A DNA stretch of 64,000 nucleotides from Octopus sinensis (taxonomy: Eukaryota): the NCBI RefSeq assembly GCF_006345805.1, contig NC_043005.1, forward strand, positions 1,984,001 to 2,048,000, given 5' to 3'. This document shows positions 1 through 13,290 of the stretch, piece after piece. Made by a program: the position numbers and the translations under genes. The notes beneath the pieces are model-generated. The model did not search any database, had not been told where the DNA came from, and was given only the letters and a program-made list of their open reading frames with translations. The number at the start of each line of letters is the position of its first letter. Within the stretch, counting starts at the first letter, position 1.

Positions 1-319
1 AGGTATGCGATAAGAAAGAAAGAAAAGTCGAGAGATATGACAGGTTAGCTTGGGAGGTTAAGCAGTTGTGGTCGATGAAAAAGGTAGCATTAGTACCAAT
101 AATTGTCGGAGCCCTGGGTACAGTCAGCAAAAATCTCGAGAAGTAGGTGGAACAAATACGGTTTGCAATAAGGGTGGAGCACTTGCAGAAAACAACACTA
201 CTTAGAACCGCTGGCATACTCCGGATGGTGCTCGAAAAAATTAGGGGGTGTTACCTTAGTTCACTGGTAGTGAACAGCTGACACCGTAGTACATCTCCAC
301 CGTTAGAATCTGTGCAAAG
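1..319 (+). mobile_element. R4/Dong-clade retrotransposon family D, 3' end (runs off window start)
   Basis: Encodes the RLE tail (RYDRLAWEVKQLW...VPIIVGALG...LLRTA). Highly similar to 46110-46432. 3' UTR hairpin GTTCAC-TGGTA-GTGAAC, ends in (TAA)n. Confidence 0.85.
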
Positions 320-401
<82 letters not shown>

Positions 402-405
402 AATA
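320..405. repeat. (TAA)n microsatellite
   Basis: Direct read; separates the D and A fragments. Confidence 0.97.
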
Positions 406-407
406 AA

Positions 408-982
408 ACACGACAGAGTTGGGACCTACATACACTGGAAGCTATGCCAACACTATGGAATAACAACAGAAAAAAGATGGTATAGATACACACCAGAAAA
501 AGTCACAGAAAACGAGAAAGCAACCATACTCTGGGATATGCTAAAACACACAAACAGAGAAATTAAGGCCAACAGACCAGATATAGTTGTCAGAGACCAT
601 GAAGAAAAAAATGCATTCTAATTGATGCCAATACCAGCAGATGACAACGGTTCTGTAAAAGAAATGGAGAAACTTTCAAAATACAAAGACCTGGAAATAG
701 AGGTAACTCGAATGTGGAATCTAAAAACAGAAACAATTCCTATCATCGTAGGTGCATTAGGCATGAAAAAAAAATATTCAGACAAATACATAACAAAAAC
801 ACCAGGACTTACAAACACATATAACATACAGAAAATTGCACTACTAGGCTCTGCACACATCCTACGCAGAACACATTCCATACAATAACCATCAGAGCAT
901 CACAACAAATCACAGCACATACCCAAGGCACACAGAGCTGCGCTCGGTAGTGAAGTGAAAGCACGCTATAAAAATAGAACTA

Positions 983-985
<3 letters not shown>
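408..985 (+). mobile_element. R4/Dong family A, 5'-truncated 3' fragment
   Basis: HDRVGTYIHWKLC, RPDIVV, KYKDLEIE, PIIVGALG motifs with one frameshift. 3' UTR matches 7596-7692 and 43796-43892; followed by (TAA)n 986-1055. Confidence 0.92.
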
Positions 986-1056
<71 letters not shown>

Positions 1057-1589
1057 TGAATTCAGAAATTTAAAAGTATATACGTAACATTGAACTCAGA
1101 AAGTTATTTAAAAAAAGAAAAAAAAAAATCTTCGACGAAAACATCAGATAATATGTGTGAGTGAATATACATACATATACATATACATATGCATGTGGTG
1201 AAGAAGAAAAGAGAAAGGAAAAAATAAATAAATAAATAAATAAATAAACGTAAACAGGTTTGACCTTTTACTGACCATTAACGTCCTTTGTCTCCACCAT
1301 CTACCGTAGCTATTTATAGACCCAAAGAACATGAATTCTTTAACCACCCATTCTCCAACACAATGGAGTGTTGATGGTGGCTGTGGCTACACATTGAAGA
1401 TGATGATGGTGATGGTGATGTTGCTGATGATGGTGATGGTGGTGAAGATGATAGTAATAACAATAATAACTGACAGATCCCGTCTTTTTCCCTTTCTTTT
1501 CGTTTCCTTCTCCGTATTTTATTCTCATTATTTCGAACTAATACAGACACAGTAAGCCTTGAAGAAAGGAAGAGGAGGAAAGGGAAAAA

Positions 1590-4500
1590 AAAAAAAAAAA
1601 TGTCCGGAGATAAAACTATCAACAAAAAAAATACAGACGAATATAGATCTGCTAGTCTTAAGAAGCGGCGCTATGAGCAATGCTTACATGTAGTGAACCC
1701 TAAACTGACAGATCCATCTCCTAATATAAGAATGGATGCTCGTCATGCTTCAAGGTCAACAAATCAAACAATAAACCGCATTGGTCATTGCGCGGATTAC
1801 AAAAGACCACGTACCCGAAAATTGAACCAAATCCTGATTGAAAAATCAGTTACTGGATCAAATCTTCCCAACACACAGGAGCTGGACGAACCCCACAACC
1901 GGAATATTCCAACAGATGGCCATCCATGCTCATCACCAAATAATCAAAAGAAAAAGAAGGAAAAATGGTCTAGGGAAGATAATAAAGAAGTTCTTGAGGC
2001 CTTCTACCATGCCATATATTTCCCCACAGATAGGTCTAGCACTGCACAAGCATACTTAAACTGGAGACAGAAACACCCTGAAGTAAGACCCTACATAGAC
2101 AGTAACAAGCTTGCCAATGTTAGAAGAAACATTATAAAAAAGAAATTACTGACTGAAGTAGAGATTGATCAGGTTAGACAAGCAATATCGGATAAAATGA
2201 ACGAAGCTGCAGCTAGAGAAGATAATACAGAGGAAATGATTATAGACCAGCCCAGGGCGGATAAAAACGAAGAGAGGATTGAAAGAGTTAGTATAAGTGA
2301 TAGGCAAAGTGAAATACGCCCTGAACCAATCATAAACACTAAGACAGATGAGCATCAAATAGATAAAGAAAGTCACACAAATATTGACCCAACAGAACTA
2401 CATGAGCTAAAAAATCAAATCATGATTGAATGGCTGAAAATTAAAGAAACCAGCATGGATGAGCGTGATACACTTCCTAAAATCCGCAACTCTAACCAAA
2501 ACATGAAAATAATTGGTAAAATCCGGCTTGCACTTAAGGATATAATTTCAGTTAATGATGTTGATATCACAAACCTCAACTACCTATACTATGCATCCGC
2601 GAAAATCTCAACGATCCTATGTGGTGTAAAGATTAGAAAACGGCAACAGTCCCACAAAAAGCCTTCTTGGCAAGAGCGTCTGCAACAACAAATTAAAATA
2701 TTTAGATCTGACATTGAATATTTGAAAAACCTTAAGGCTCACAAGATTACCAAACCTACAAAAACCCAAAAATTACTGAAAAAATACAATATGAAAACTA
2801 TACTTGATATTGATGCCACCATAGAAACCATCAAACAAAAGGTATCTGCCAAAGCTGCCCGCATAGCGAGGTATGAAAAGCGTGTTAGATTTTTCAAGGA
2901 CAACAACATGTTCAAAAATAACACCAAGAATTTTTACAGGAAGATAGGAAAAAACAGCGTTTACTGCAGGGTCTGTACCATCAAAAGAAGAAGTGCAGAG
3001 ATTTTGGAATAAAATCTGGGCAGAAGAAAAAACACACAACGAAAAGGCCCCCTGGATTGACAGAATATCTACAGAACTGGACCCCTTAGAAGAGCAAAAG
3101 TGGGAGGGTGTCAAGGTAGAAGATATAAGATCTGCTCTCAGGAGGTCAAGCAAATGGAAGTCTCCAGGAAAGGATAAAATTCCTAACTTCTGGCTGAATG
3201 CCTTCCCAGAGAGCCATGAACTGCTAACAGAACTGTACAATGATGTTTTGCAACACCCTAGTAGGATGCCTCCTTGGCTAGTTAATGGGTTAACATTCCT
3301 GCTTCCAAAAAGTGAAGAAACAAATGAACCAAAAAACTATAGACCCATAACCTGCTTAACAACTATGTACAAAACACTAACATCTGTCCTGACGGAATAT
3401 ACCTATAGTTTTTTAACAGACAGCAGCATATTCCCTAATGAACAGAAAGGATGTAAACGTGGATCCTACGGCTGTAAAGACCAACTACTCATCAATAAGA
3501 TGATCTTAGAAGATTGTCACAAACGACACAAAAACTTATCAATAGCCTGGATAGACTATAAAAAGGCTTTCGATAGCCTACCACATAGCTGGATTAGGAA
3601 ATGCCTTGAAATGTATAAGATAGCACCAACTCTGCGAAACTTCTTGACTGTAAGTATGAGATCATGGAGAACCACACTAACTCTGAACAGTGACAGTGAA
3701 TCCCTAAATGCTGGTGATGTAAAAATTTCGTGTGGCATTTTCCAGGGTGACTCACTGTCACCACTCCTCTTTTGTTTATCCTTAATACCTCTCTCAAAGC
3801 TGCTCAATGATGCGCAGTACGGGTATAAAATGTTTGATAAAAATATAAATCATCTAGTTTACATGGATGATTTAAAGCTTTTTGCAAAAAATGATCAACA
3901 ACTCAAGGGCTTACTAGCGATAGTCAAACAATTCAGTGACGACATCAGAATGCAATTCGGCCTCGATAAATGTGCAAAAGTTACCTTTATCAAAGGAAAA
4001 ATGACAGAAACATCTAACGTTAACCTTGACCAACAGAATGTCATAAAAGAAATAGACCCTGCGGAGAGCTACAAGTACCTAGGGATAATTGAAGGGAACG
4101 GAATAAGGCATTCAGAGATGAAGGAAAGGATCAGCAGAGAATGCTATCGAAGAGTGAGAGCAATACTCAAGACAGAGCTGAATGCAAGAAACAGGATCGA
4201 AGCAATCAATGCATTAGCTATACCAGTCGTGACTTACAGTTTCAATATTGTTAACTGGTCAATTACTGAAATATGTCAGCTCGACAGAAAAATAAGGAAA
4301 CTGTTGACAATGCATAGAATGCACCACCCTAAGGCAGATACAGAACGACTCTATCTGCCAAGAAAAGAGGGAGGCCGTGGTCTTTTGCAACTGGCAATAA
4401 CAATGAAGATTGCTACAATTGGCCTAGACACCTACCTGAAAAACTCTGAGGACTGGATGCTAAAACTTGTCTCAAAACATGAAAACAAGAAAGCATCATA

Positions 4501-5480
4501 CTCAGTCACAAAACAGGCAAAGGAATATCTAAGTGAATTCCGAATACAACCATTTCGGAATTAGAGATAGATATACAAGAAACAAGCACAGAAAAAGCTA
4601 GGCGCATGAAAACCCGTGCCAAAACTGCGGCCTTAGATATTCTGAATAATAAATGGCAAGAAAAACCTCTCTATGGCAAATACCCAAAGAGAGCGAATAA
4701 TGCAGATATCGACAAAGCCCTGACCCATCAATGGCTAATGGCCTCTGGCTTAAAATCTGAAACAGAGGGGTTTATCATAGCAGCTCAAGATCAATGCCTA
4801 CCAACAAGAAACTACCAGGCCAACATATTAAAGATCAGAAGCAGTCCAACGTGTCGTGTATGCAAGCAACAAAATGAAACCATTGACCATGTGGTCTCCA
4901 AGTGCAGTCTTCTGGAACTTCACCATTCAAACTGACAGGAAGATAGATGCAAATAGGCCAGACATCATATTGAAAAACTTCAAACAAAGAACATGCCTCC
5001 TCATTGATATAACTGTCCCAATCGATATAAACGTATCTGTCAAGACCTACCAAAAACTGAGCAAATATAAAGATCTTGAAATAGAAATCAGCAAAATGTG
5101 GAAGCTGAAGACTAAAACAATACCTGTTGTCATAGGTGCCCTGGGAATGATAGCAAAAGGGGCTGATAGCTACCTAACTCAGATACCAGGAAACCCAAAA
5201 ATGGCAGAAGTTCAAAAGATAGTGCACATGGGAACTGCTCATATCCTACGCAAAATACTCTCTATGTAATCTCAAGGTTTAAAACAAACATAATTTTCGG
5301 TTTAAAAAAAAAAAAAAAAACCTTTTTTTTTAGACATTCATTAGTACAACATCCCCACCCCCAAATATATGGCACACTAGGCATAACAACAACATGAACT
5401 TCCAACCCTGTTGTCTCTTGAGGTCTCTGGGTGAGACTTGGAGCCAACTTGTACAAATATAAAGCAAAAGTCAAACATAG
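1590..5480 (+). mobile_element. R4/Dong family B, near full-length copy 1
   Basis: Myb-like KWSREDN...KLANVRR domain, RT (QGDSLSP, YMDD), CCHC (CRVC...H...C), RLE (RPDII, KYKDL). 3' UTR ends in (TAA)n. Paralog at 46738-50264. Confidence 0.95.
1600..5269 (+). pseudogene. Family B Myb-RT-ZnK-RLE polyprotein, disrupted
   Basis: Split into ORFs 1600-3012, 2993-4564, 4606-4935 and 4856-5269 by an extra T near 2960, a missing A near 4555 and a ~150-nt deletion near 4912 relative to copy 2. Confidence 0.9.
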
Positions 5481-5499
5481 AATAATAATAATAATGATG

Positions 5500-5573
<74 letters not shown>
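5481..5573. repeat. (TAA)n microsatellite
   Basis: Direct read. Confidence 0.97.
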
Positions 5574-5574
<1 letters not shown>

Positions 5575-7692
5575 TCACAAAGGCTGAACAAGCACCTGGA
5601 CGAAAACAAACTGTTCCCAGAAGAGCAGAAAGGATGCCGCAAAGGCTCATATGGCTGTAAAGATCAACTAATGATTAATAAAGCCATAACTGAAGGCAGC
5701 CACAGAAAGAAGAAAGGCCTCAGTATGGCCTGGATCGACTACAAAAAGGCGTTTGATAGCAACCCCCACACATGGATCCTCGAAACACTAGCCATTAACA
5801 AAGTAGCACCAACAATCATAAAATTCATAGAGGACTCTATGAATAAATAGGAAACAGTCCTACACCTCCAAACAAAAGAGGGACTCATGAAAACCAAAGA
5901 CATCCCCATTAGAAGAGGAATATTCCAGGGAGACACGCTCTCTCCACTCCTTTTCTGCTTGGCACTGTCACCTCTATCTGATATGCTAAATAGAACTGGA
6001 TACGGATATAAATGTTACGGCAAAACGATCAGCCACCTTTTATATATGGATGATCTAAAACTATACGCTGCAAATGACAAACAGCTGGAAACACTATTAA
6101 AGACAGTTCATGGATTTACCAAAGAAATAGATATGAAATTTGGATTAGAAAAATGCGCCAAAGTAACCATGAAAAGGGGAAAACTAGTTAAGAGTAACAA
6201 CATCACACTAGATAAAACCAATGAAATAAAAGAATTAGACCAAAGCCAAACTTACAAATACTTAGGAATCCATGAACTAGATAAGACACAACACACACAA
6301 ATGAAAGAGAAAATAAAAAAAGAATATTATAGACGAGTTAGATCAATACTAAAAACAGAGCTCAATGCTAAAAACAAGATAATAGATATCAACACTTTAG
6401 CTGTCCCAGTTATAAGTTACAGCTACAATATCCTTAACTGGACACGAAAAGAACTGACCAAAATAGATAGGAAAACAAGAAAAATAACGACAGGATCTGG
6501 GATGCATCACCCAAAATCTGACATAGAAAGACTATATATACAACGTATAGAAGGTGGTAGAGGCCTTATACAGCTGGAAAACTACTATAAAATAACCACC
6601 ATAGGACTGCAAAAATATCTACTTCAGAAGGAAGGAAAACAGATCCAGATAGCGGCAAAACACGAGCAAAACAAAAAACTGTTCTCAGTATTTAAGGAAG
6701 CTGACAAATACAAACAAGAAATAATACCACCTAATAAACATGAAGAAGAAGATGAAGAAACAACAAAAGCTATAAAACAAATGAAATCCAAACTAAAAAT
6801 AGAACAACAACGAACCATGATAAAACGATGGCAAGAAAAGCCCCTTCATGGTAAATACTGAACTAAACTAAACGCAAAAGAAATAGACAAAGAAAAATCC
6901 CAGCAATGGTTGAGAAGCTCAGGACTCGAAGCAGAAACAGAAGGATTTTTAATTGCAGCACAAGACCAATCCTCCCCACCAGAAATTGCCAAAAACATGT
7001 AATGAAAAGAAATATTACAAGTAACTGCAGAATATGTGGAGATGGACAAGAAACAATAAATCATATTATCGCTAGCTGCCCAGTCCTGGCTAAGAAGGAA
7101 TATATTCACAGACATGACAGAGTTGGAACCTACATACATTCGAAGCTATGCCAACATTATGGAATAACAACAGAAAAAAGATGGTATAGGCACACACCAG
7201 AAAAGGTCACAGAAATCGAGAAAGCAACCATACTCTGGGATATGCCGATACACACAGATAGAGAAATTAAGGCCAACAGACCAGATATAGTTGTCAGAGA
7301 TCATGAAGAAAAAAAATGCTTTCTAATTGATGTATCAATACCGGCTGATGACAACGTGTCTCTAAAAGAAATGGAGAAACTCTCAAAATACAAAGACCTG
7401 GAAATAGAGGTAACTAGAATGTGGAATCTAAAAACAGAAACATTTCCTATCATAGTAGGTGCATTAGGCATGATAAAAAAATATTCAGACAAATACATAA
7501 CAAAAACACCAGGACTTACAAACACATATAACATACAGAAAATTGCACTACTAGGCACTGCACACATCCTACGCAGAACACTTTCCATACAATAACCATC
7601 AGAGCATCACAACAAATCACAGCACATACCTAAACCACACAGAGCTGTGCTCGGTAGTGAAGTGAAAGCACGCTATAAAAATAAAACTACTG
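5574..7692 (+). mobile_element. R4/Dong family A, 5'-truncated (RT core to 3' UTR)
   Basis: WIDYKKAFDS, QGDTLSP, YMDDLKL, CRICGDGQETINHIIASC, RHD, RPDIVV. Stops at 5848 and 6859, frameshift near 6970. Confidence 0.95.
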
Positions 7693-7715
7693 AATAATAA
7701 TAATAATAATAAATG

Positions 7716-7910
7716 ACACGTATTGAGAAGAGCATTGTCGATGTGAGAACTGTTGCTGCTCATGTATTTTAATTTAACTTAAAAAAAAAAAATTAACGAA
7801 CTATTGAGTTTGGTTTAATGGTTACCAATGTATACTATGAGTTTCTTTGCTCTAGGAGTCGGGAAGACACTCGGCAAGAAATGAAAGCAAATTGAAAAAG
7901 AAAAAAAGGT
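7716..7910 (+). mobile_element. R4/Dong family C, ~195-nt 3' fragment
   Basis: Matches 9489-9697 with several substitutions; sits between TAA tracts. Confidence 0.88.
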
Positions 7911-8227
<317 letters not shown>

Positions 8228-9697
8228 TATGGAATGTTAGGAAGGAATGTTATAGGAGAGTTCGTGCAGTCCTGAAATCTGAACTAAATGCACGTAACAA
8301 GGTGTTAGCTATAAATTCCTTAGCAGTTCCAGTTGTTACTTATAGCTACAATGTGTTGAACTGGAATATGAGTGAAGTAAAGAATATAGATAGAAAAATA
8401 CGCAAGCTGCTGAGTTGTAATAGGATGCACCACCCAAAGGCAGACGTAGATCGCCTTTACCTTCCCAGAGCCCAAGGAGGTCGAGGCCTGATCCAATTTG
8501 AACTAGCTTACAAAACAACCACAATTGGACTGGCCAAATATCTCGAAATATCGAATGACTGGATGCTAAAGCTCGTGGAAAATCACGAGAGACGAAAGAA
8601 GCTTCATTCTATCATAAAGGAAAGCAAAAAATTTGCTATTGATCTCGTGCAGGATACCCAAACTGAACAACCCGAGGGAAGTACGGCAACTATTGTTGCA
8701 AAGAAGGTGAAAATGATGGCAATGAAAAAAGCGCACGAGCAATTGGCTGATAGGTGGGAGGAGAAACCTCTGCACGGCAAATTTGTGACCCGCAGCAAAC
8801 AAGCTGATGTTGACCAGAAGCAAACCCATCAGTGGCTGCGGAGCTCAGGGCTAAAAGCAGAGAGCGAAGGTTTCATCCTGGCTGCTCAAGACCAAAGCCT
8901 ATTAACCCGGAACTACCAGGCCAATGTGATGAAAAATGGAGCAGACCCAAAATTCCGATTCTACAACGACATGATTGAAACAGTGGACCACCTAATCTCT
9001 GGATGTAAAGTCTTAGCACCAGTGGAGTATAAATTAAGACATGACAGAGTTGGCCAATATCTCCACTGGCTAATAAGTCGGCATTACAATATCAAAACTG
9101 CCGACAAGTGGTATAATCACCACCCTGAGGCTGTAACTGAAGGAGAAAATGTAACCATTCTGTGGGACTTTCCAGTACATACAGACCGAACCATCAAGGC
9201 CAATAAACCAGATATTGTTGTGAAAGACCAAAACAATAAAGTTTGCTTATTGATCGACATGAGCATCCCCTGTGATCATAATATCTCAGCGAAAGAGTTT
9301 GACAAGCTCAGAAAATATAAAGACCTACTCATTGAAATTGAGAAAATGTGGCATCTCAAGGCGGTTACAATACCAGTGATCGTAGGAGCACTAGGAATGA
9401 TCAAGAAGGGAACCGAAAATTATATGAGAATGATCCCTGGCTTACCATCCCTGCAAGAAGTGCAAAAGATTGTCTTAACTGGTACATCACACGTATTGAG
9501 AAGAGCATTGTCGATGTGAGAACTGTTGCTGCTCATGTATTTTAATTTTAATTTAACTTAAAAAAAAAAAAAAAATGAACGAACTACTGAGTTTGGTTTA
9601 ATGGCCTACCAATATACACTATGAGTTTCTTTGCCCTAGGAGTCGGGAAGACACTCGGCAAGAAATGGAAGAAAATTTGAAAGAAGAAAAAAAAAAG
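8228..9697 (+). mobile_element. R4/Dong family C, 5'-truncated copy 1
   Basis: Open frame to 9519 covering thumb (HHPKADVDRLY...GGRGL), degenerate CCHC and RLE (RHD, KPDIVV, KY.DL). Confidence 0.93.
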
Positions 9698-9710
9698 TAA
9701 TAATAATAAT

Positions 9711-9791
<81 letters not shown>

Positions 9792-9824
9792 TAATAATAA
9801 TAATATGATAATAATAATAATAAT

Positions 9825-11295
9825 TATGGAATGTTAGGAAGGAATGTTATAGGAGAGTTCGTGCAGTCCTGAAATCTGAACTAAATGCACGTAACAAGGT
9901 GTTAGCTATAAATTCCTTAGCAGTTCCAGTTGTTACTTATAGCTACAATGTGTTGAACTGGAATATGAGTGAAGTAAAGAATATAGATAGAAAAATACGC
10001 AAGCTGCTGAGTTGTAATAGGATGCACCACCCAAAGGCAGACGTAGATCGCCTTTACCTTCCCAGAGCCCAAGGAGGTCGAGGCCTGATCCAATTTGAAC
10101 TAGCTTACAAAACAACCACAATTGGACTGGCCAAATATCTCGAAATATCGAATGACTGGATGCTAAAGCTCGTGGAAAATCACGAGAGACGAAAGAAGCT
10201 TCATTCTATCATAAAGGAAAGCAAAAAATTTGCTATTGATCTCGTGCAGGATACCCAAACTGAACAACCCGAGGGAAGTACGGCAACTATTGTTGCAAAG
10301 AAGGTGAAAATGATGGCAATGAAAAAAGCGCACGAGCAATTGGCTGATAGGTGGGAGGAGAAACCTCTGCACGGCAAATTGTGACCCGCAGCAAACAAGC
10401 TGATGTTGACCAGAAGCAAACCCATCAGTGGCTGCGGAGCTCAGGGCTAAAAGCAGAGAGCGAAGGTTTCATCCTGGCTGCTCAAGACCAAAGCCTATTA
10501 ACCCGGAACTACCAGGCCAATGTGATGAAAAATGGAGCAGACCCAAAATTCCGATTCTACAACGACATGATTGAAACAGTGGACCACCTAATCTCTGGAT
10601 GTAAAGTCTTAGCACCAGTGGAGTATAAATTAAGACATGACAGAGTTGGCCAATATCTCCACTGGCTAATAAGTCGGCATTACAATATCAAAACTGCCGA
10701 CAAGTGGTATAATCACCACCCTGAGGCTGTAACTGAAGGAGAAAATGTAACCATTCTGTGGGACTTTCCAGTACATACAGACCGAACCATCAAGGCCAAT
10801 AAACCAGATATTGTTGTGAAAGACCAAAACAATAAAGTTTGCTTATTGATCGACATGAGCATCCCCTGTGATCATAATATCTCAGCGAAAGAGTTTGACA
10901 AGCTCAGAAAATATAAAGACCTACTCATTGAAATTGAGAAAATGTGGCATCTCAAGGCGGTTACAATACCAGTGATCGTAGGAGAACTAGGGATGATCAA
11001 GAAGGGAACCGAAAATTATATGAGAATGATCCCTGGCTTACCATCCCTGCAAGAAGTGCAAAAGATTGTCTTAACTGGTACATCACACGTATTGAGAAGA
11101 GCATTGTCGATGTGAGAACTGTTGCTGCTCATGTATTTTAATTTTAATTTAACTTAAAAAAAAAAAAAAAAAATGAACGAACTACTGAGTTTGGTTTAAT
11201 GGCCTACCAATATACACTATGAGTTTCTTTGCCCTAGGAGTCGGGAAGACACTCGGCAAGAAATGGAAGAAAATTTGAAAGAAGAAAAAAAAAAG
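9825..11295 (+). mobile_element. R4/Dong family C, 5'-truncated copy 2 (tandem duplicate)
   Basis: Same 5' junction as copy 1 at offset 1597; 1-nt deletion near 10380 and two nearby substitutions at ~10985-10992. Confidence 0.93.
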
Positions 11296-11308
11296 TAATA
11301 ATAATAAT

Positions 11309-11384
<76 letters not shown>

Positions 11385-11431
11385 CAATAACAATAATAAT
11401 AATAATAATAATAAAATTAATAATAATAATG

Positions 11432-11468
<37 letters not shown>

Positions 11469-11570
11469 TAATAATAATAATAATAATGATAATAATAATA
11501 ATAATAATAATGATAATAATAACAACAACAAAACAACAACAGCAACAACAGCAATAATAATCATAATAAT
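11296..11570. repeat. (TAA)n grading into (CAA/CAG)n
   Basis: Direct read. Confidence 0.95.
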
Positions 11571-13232
11571 ACTTCCAAGGAGACTCATGTTCACCTCTCT
11601 TATTTGTTATAGCCTTAATCCCACTTTTATATAGTCCTACGTAAACATCAACGTGCAATATGAGCTGAGAAAGAACAGACCTCGTCTCAATCACCTTCTC
11701 TTCATCGATGATTTAAAACTGATCGAAAAAACAGAGCCTGAAATGGAGAGGCTGATTGAGACTGTGCAAATGTGCAACAAGGATATAGGGATGGAATTCG
11801 GTATCTCGAAGTGTACGGTGCTTACTTTGAAACGGGGGGAAAGAGTAAATTATAGGGGCATAGAATTGCCAAACGGAGGGAGAATGGAAGACCCGGATGA
11901 TGATGGGTACAAGTACCTCGGGATCATGAAGCTGGACAATATCTTGCACAGAGAAATGAAAGACAAAGTCATCACTGCATATTTGAAGCGCCTCAAACTT
12001 CTCTTGAAATCAAAGCTTCAACTCAAGGAATCTTGTGACTGCCATCAACATATGGGCTGTTGCTGTATTCCGCGATAGTGCACCCGTCCTGAGATGGACA
12101 CGAGCGGAGATTGACCAACTCGATTGAAAGACAATAACAATGTATGGTGCCCTCCACCCTAAGGCAAATGTACACAGGCTCTACATGAAGAGAGAATTAA
12201 GGGTGGACGTGGGCTGATTAGGGTACAGTAAAAGAAGAAACATGGCAGAATATTTGGTAACAGTAAAGAAGTCTTGCTACTGTATGCTGCTAGTGCAGAA
12301 GGAGTTAGCAAAAATGGACTTGAGAGTGCTCATTAATTCCGATCAAGAACAGCCAACGAGGGAGAAGAAACCCTACTCCGTATAGAATTACATGGTCAGT
12401 TCCACCATGAAACGAACAAATTAAAAGACCATGGTGGTGGCTCCAGAAGGGTGACCTAAAAAAGAATATTGAAAGCCTAATCATTGCGGCCCAGGACCAG
12501 GCATTGAATACTAACTCAGTGAAAACAGATATATACCACACAAGTGCAACGAACCGCTGCAGAATGTGTGGGAAGAGGGTCGAAAGTACGACTCACATTG
12601 TTAGTACTTGTGAAAGTCTCGCGCAGAAAGAATACAAGCATAGACACGACAAAGTAGCCCCAAACCTCCACTGGCTACTCTGCCGTAAATATGGATATGA
12701 GGTTACGGTTGCTTGGTACCAACATACACCGGAATATGTAATGGACGAAATGGGAAAGGCAAAATCCCCTGAGATTTAGATTTCCGGACAGACAATGTAT
12801 TAAAGCACCGAAGGCTGGATATAGTAACTTTTAGGAGGGAGAAACAAGAGAGCCTAATAATCGACGTAGCAGTGCCAGGAGAACAGTATATCATCATGAA
12901 CGAAAGAGAAAAGGTTGATAAATATGGAGACCTGAGAATTGAGATTGCTAAGATGTGGCAGCTACGAGAGTCAAACATAAAGGTTATCCCTATTGTCATC
13001 TGAGCATTAGGTTCAATACCACCCAACCTGAAAAAAACACCCGAAACCCTTAGAAATACCCTACAATCAAGATGTATTGCAAAAGCTGGCATTACTTGGA
13101 ACGGCACGCATATTGTGTAAAGTAGTGTCTGTCTGAGGTCCTTGTTGTGAGTTGACAAACAGTACAAACACCCGATAGATACAATACCTTCAATGAATAA
13201 CCTCCCTATATTGTATACTGTGCGACGTCTAT
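11571..13232 (+). mobile_element. R4/Dong family E, older degenerate 5'-truncated copy
   Basis: FQGDSCSPLLF, LFIDDLKL, CRMCGKRVESTTHIVSTC, RHD, LDIV, KYGDL motifs across several frameshifts and stops; TAA-like tail. Confidence 0.88.
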
Positions 13233-13290
13233 GATAATAATAATACTAATACTAATAATGATAATAATGTACATATACATATACATATAT

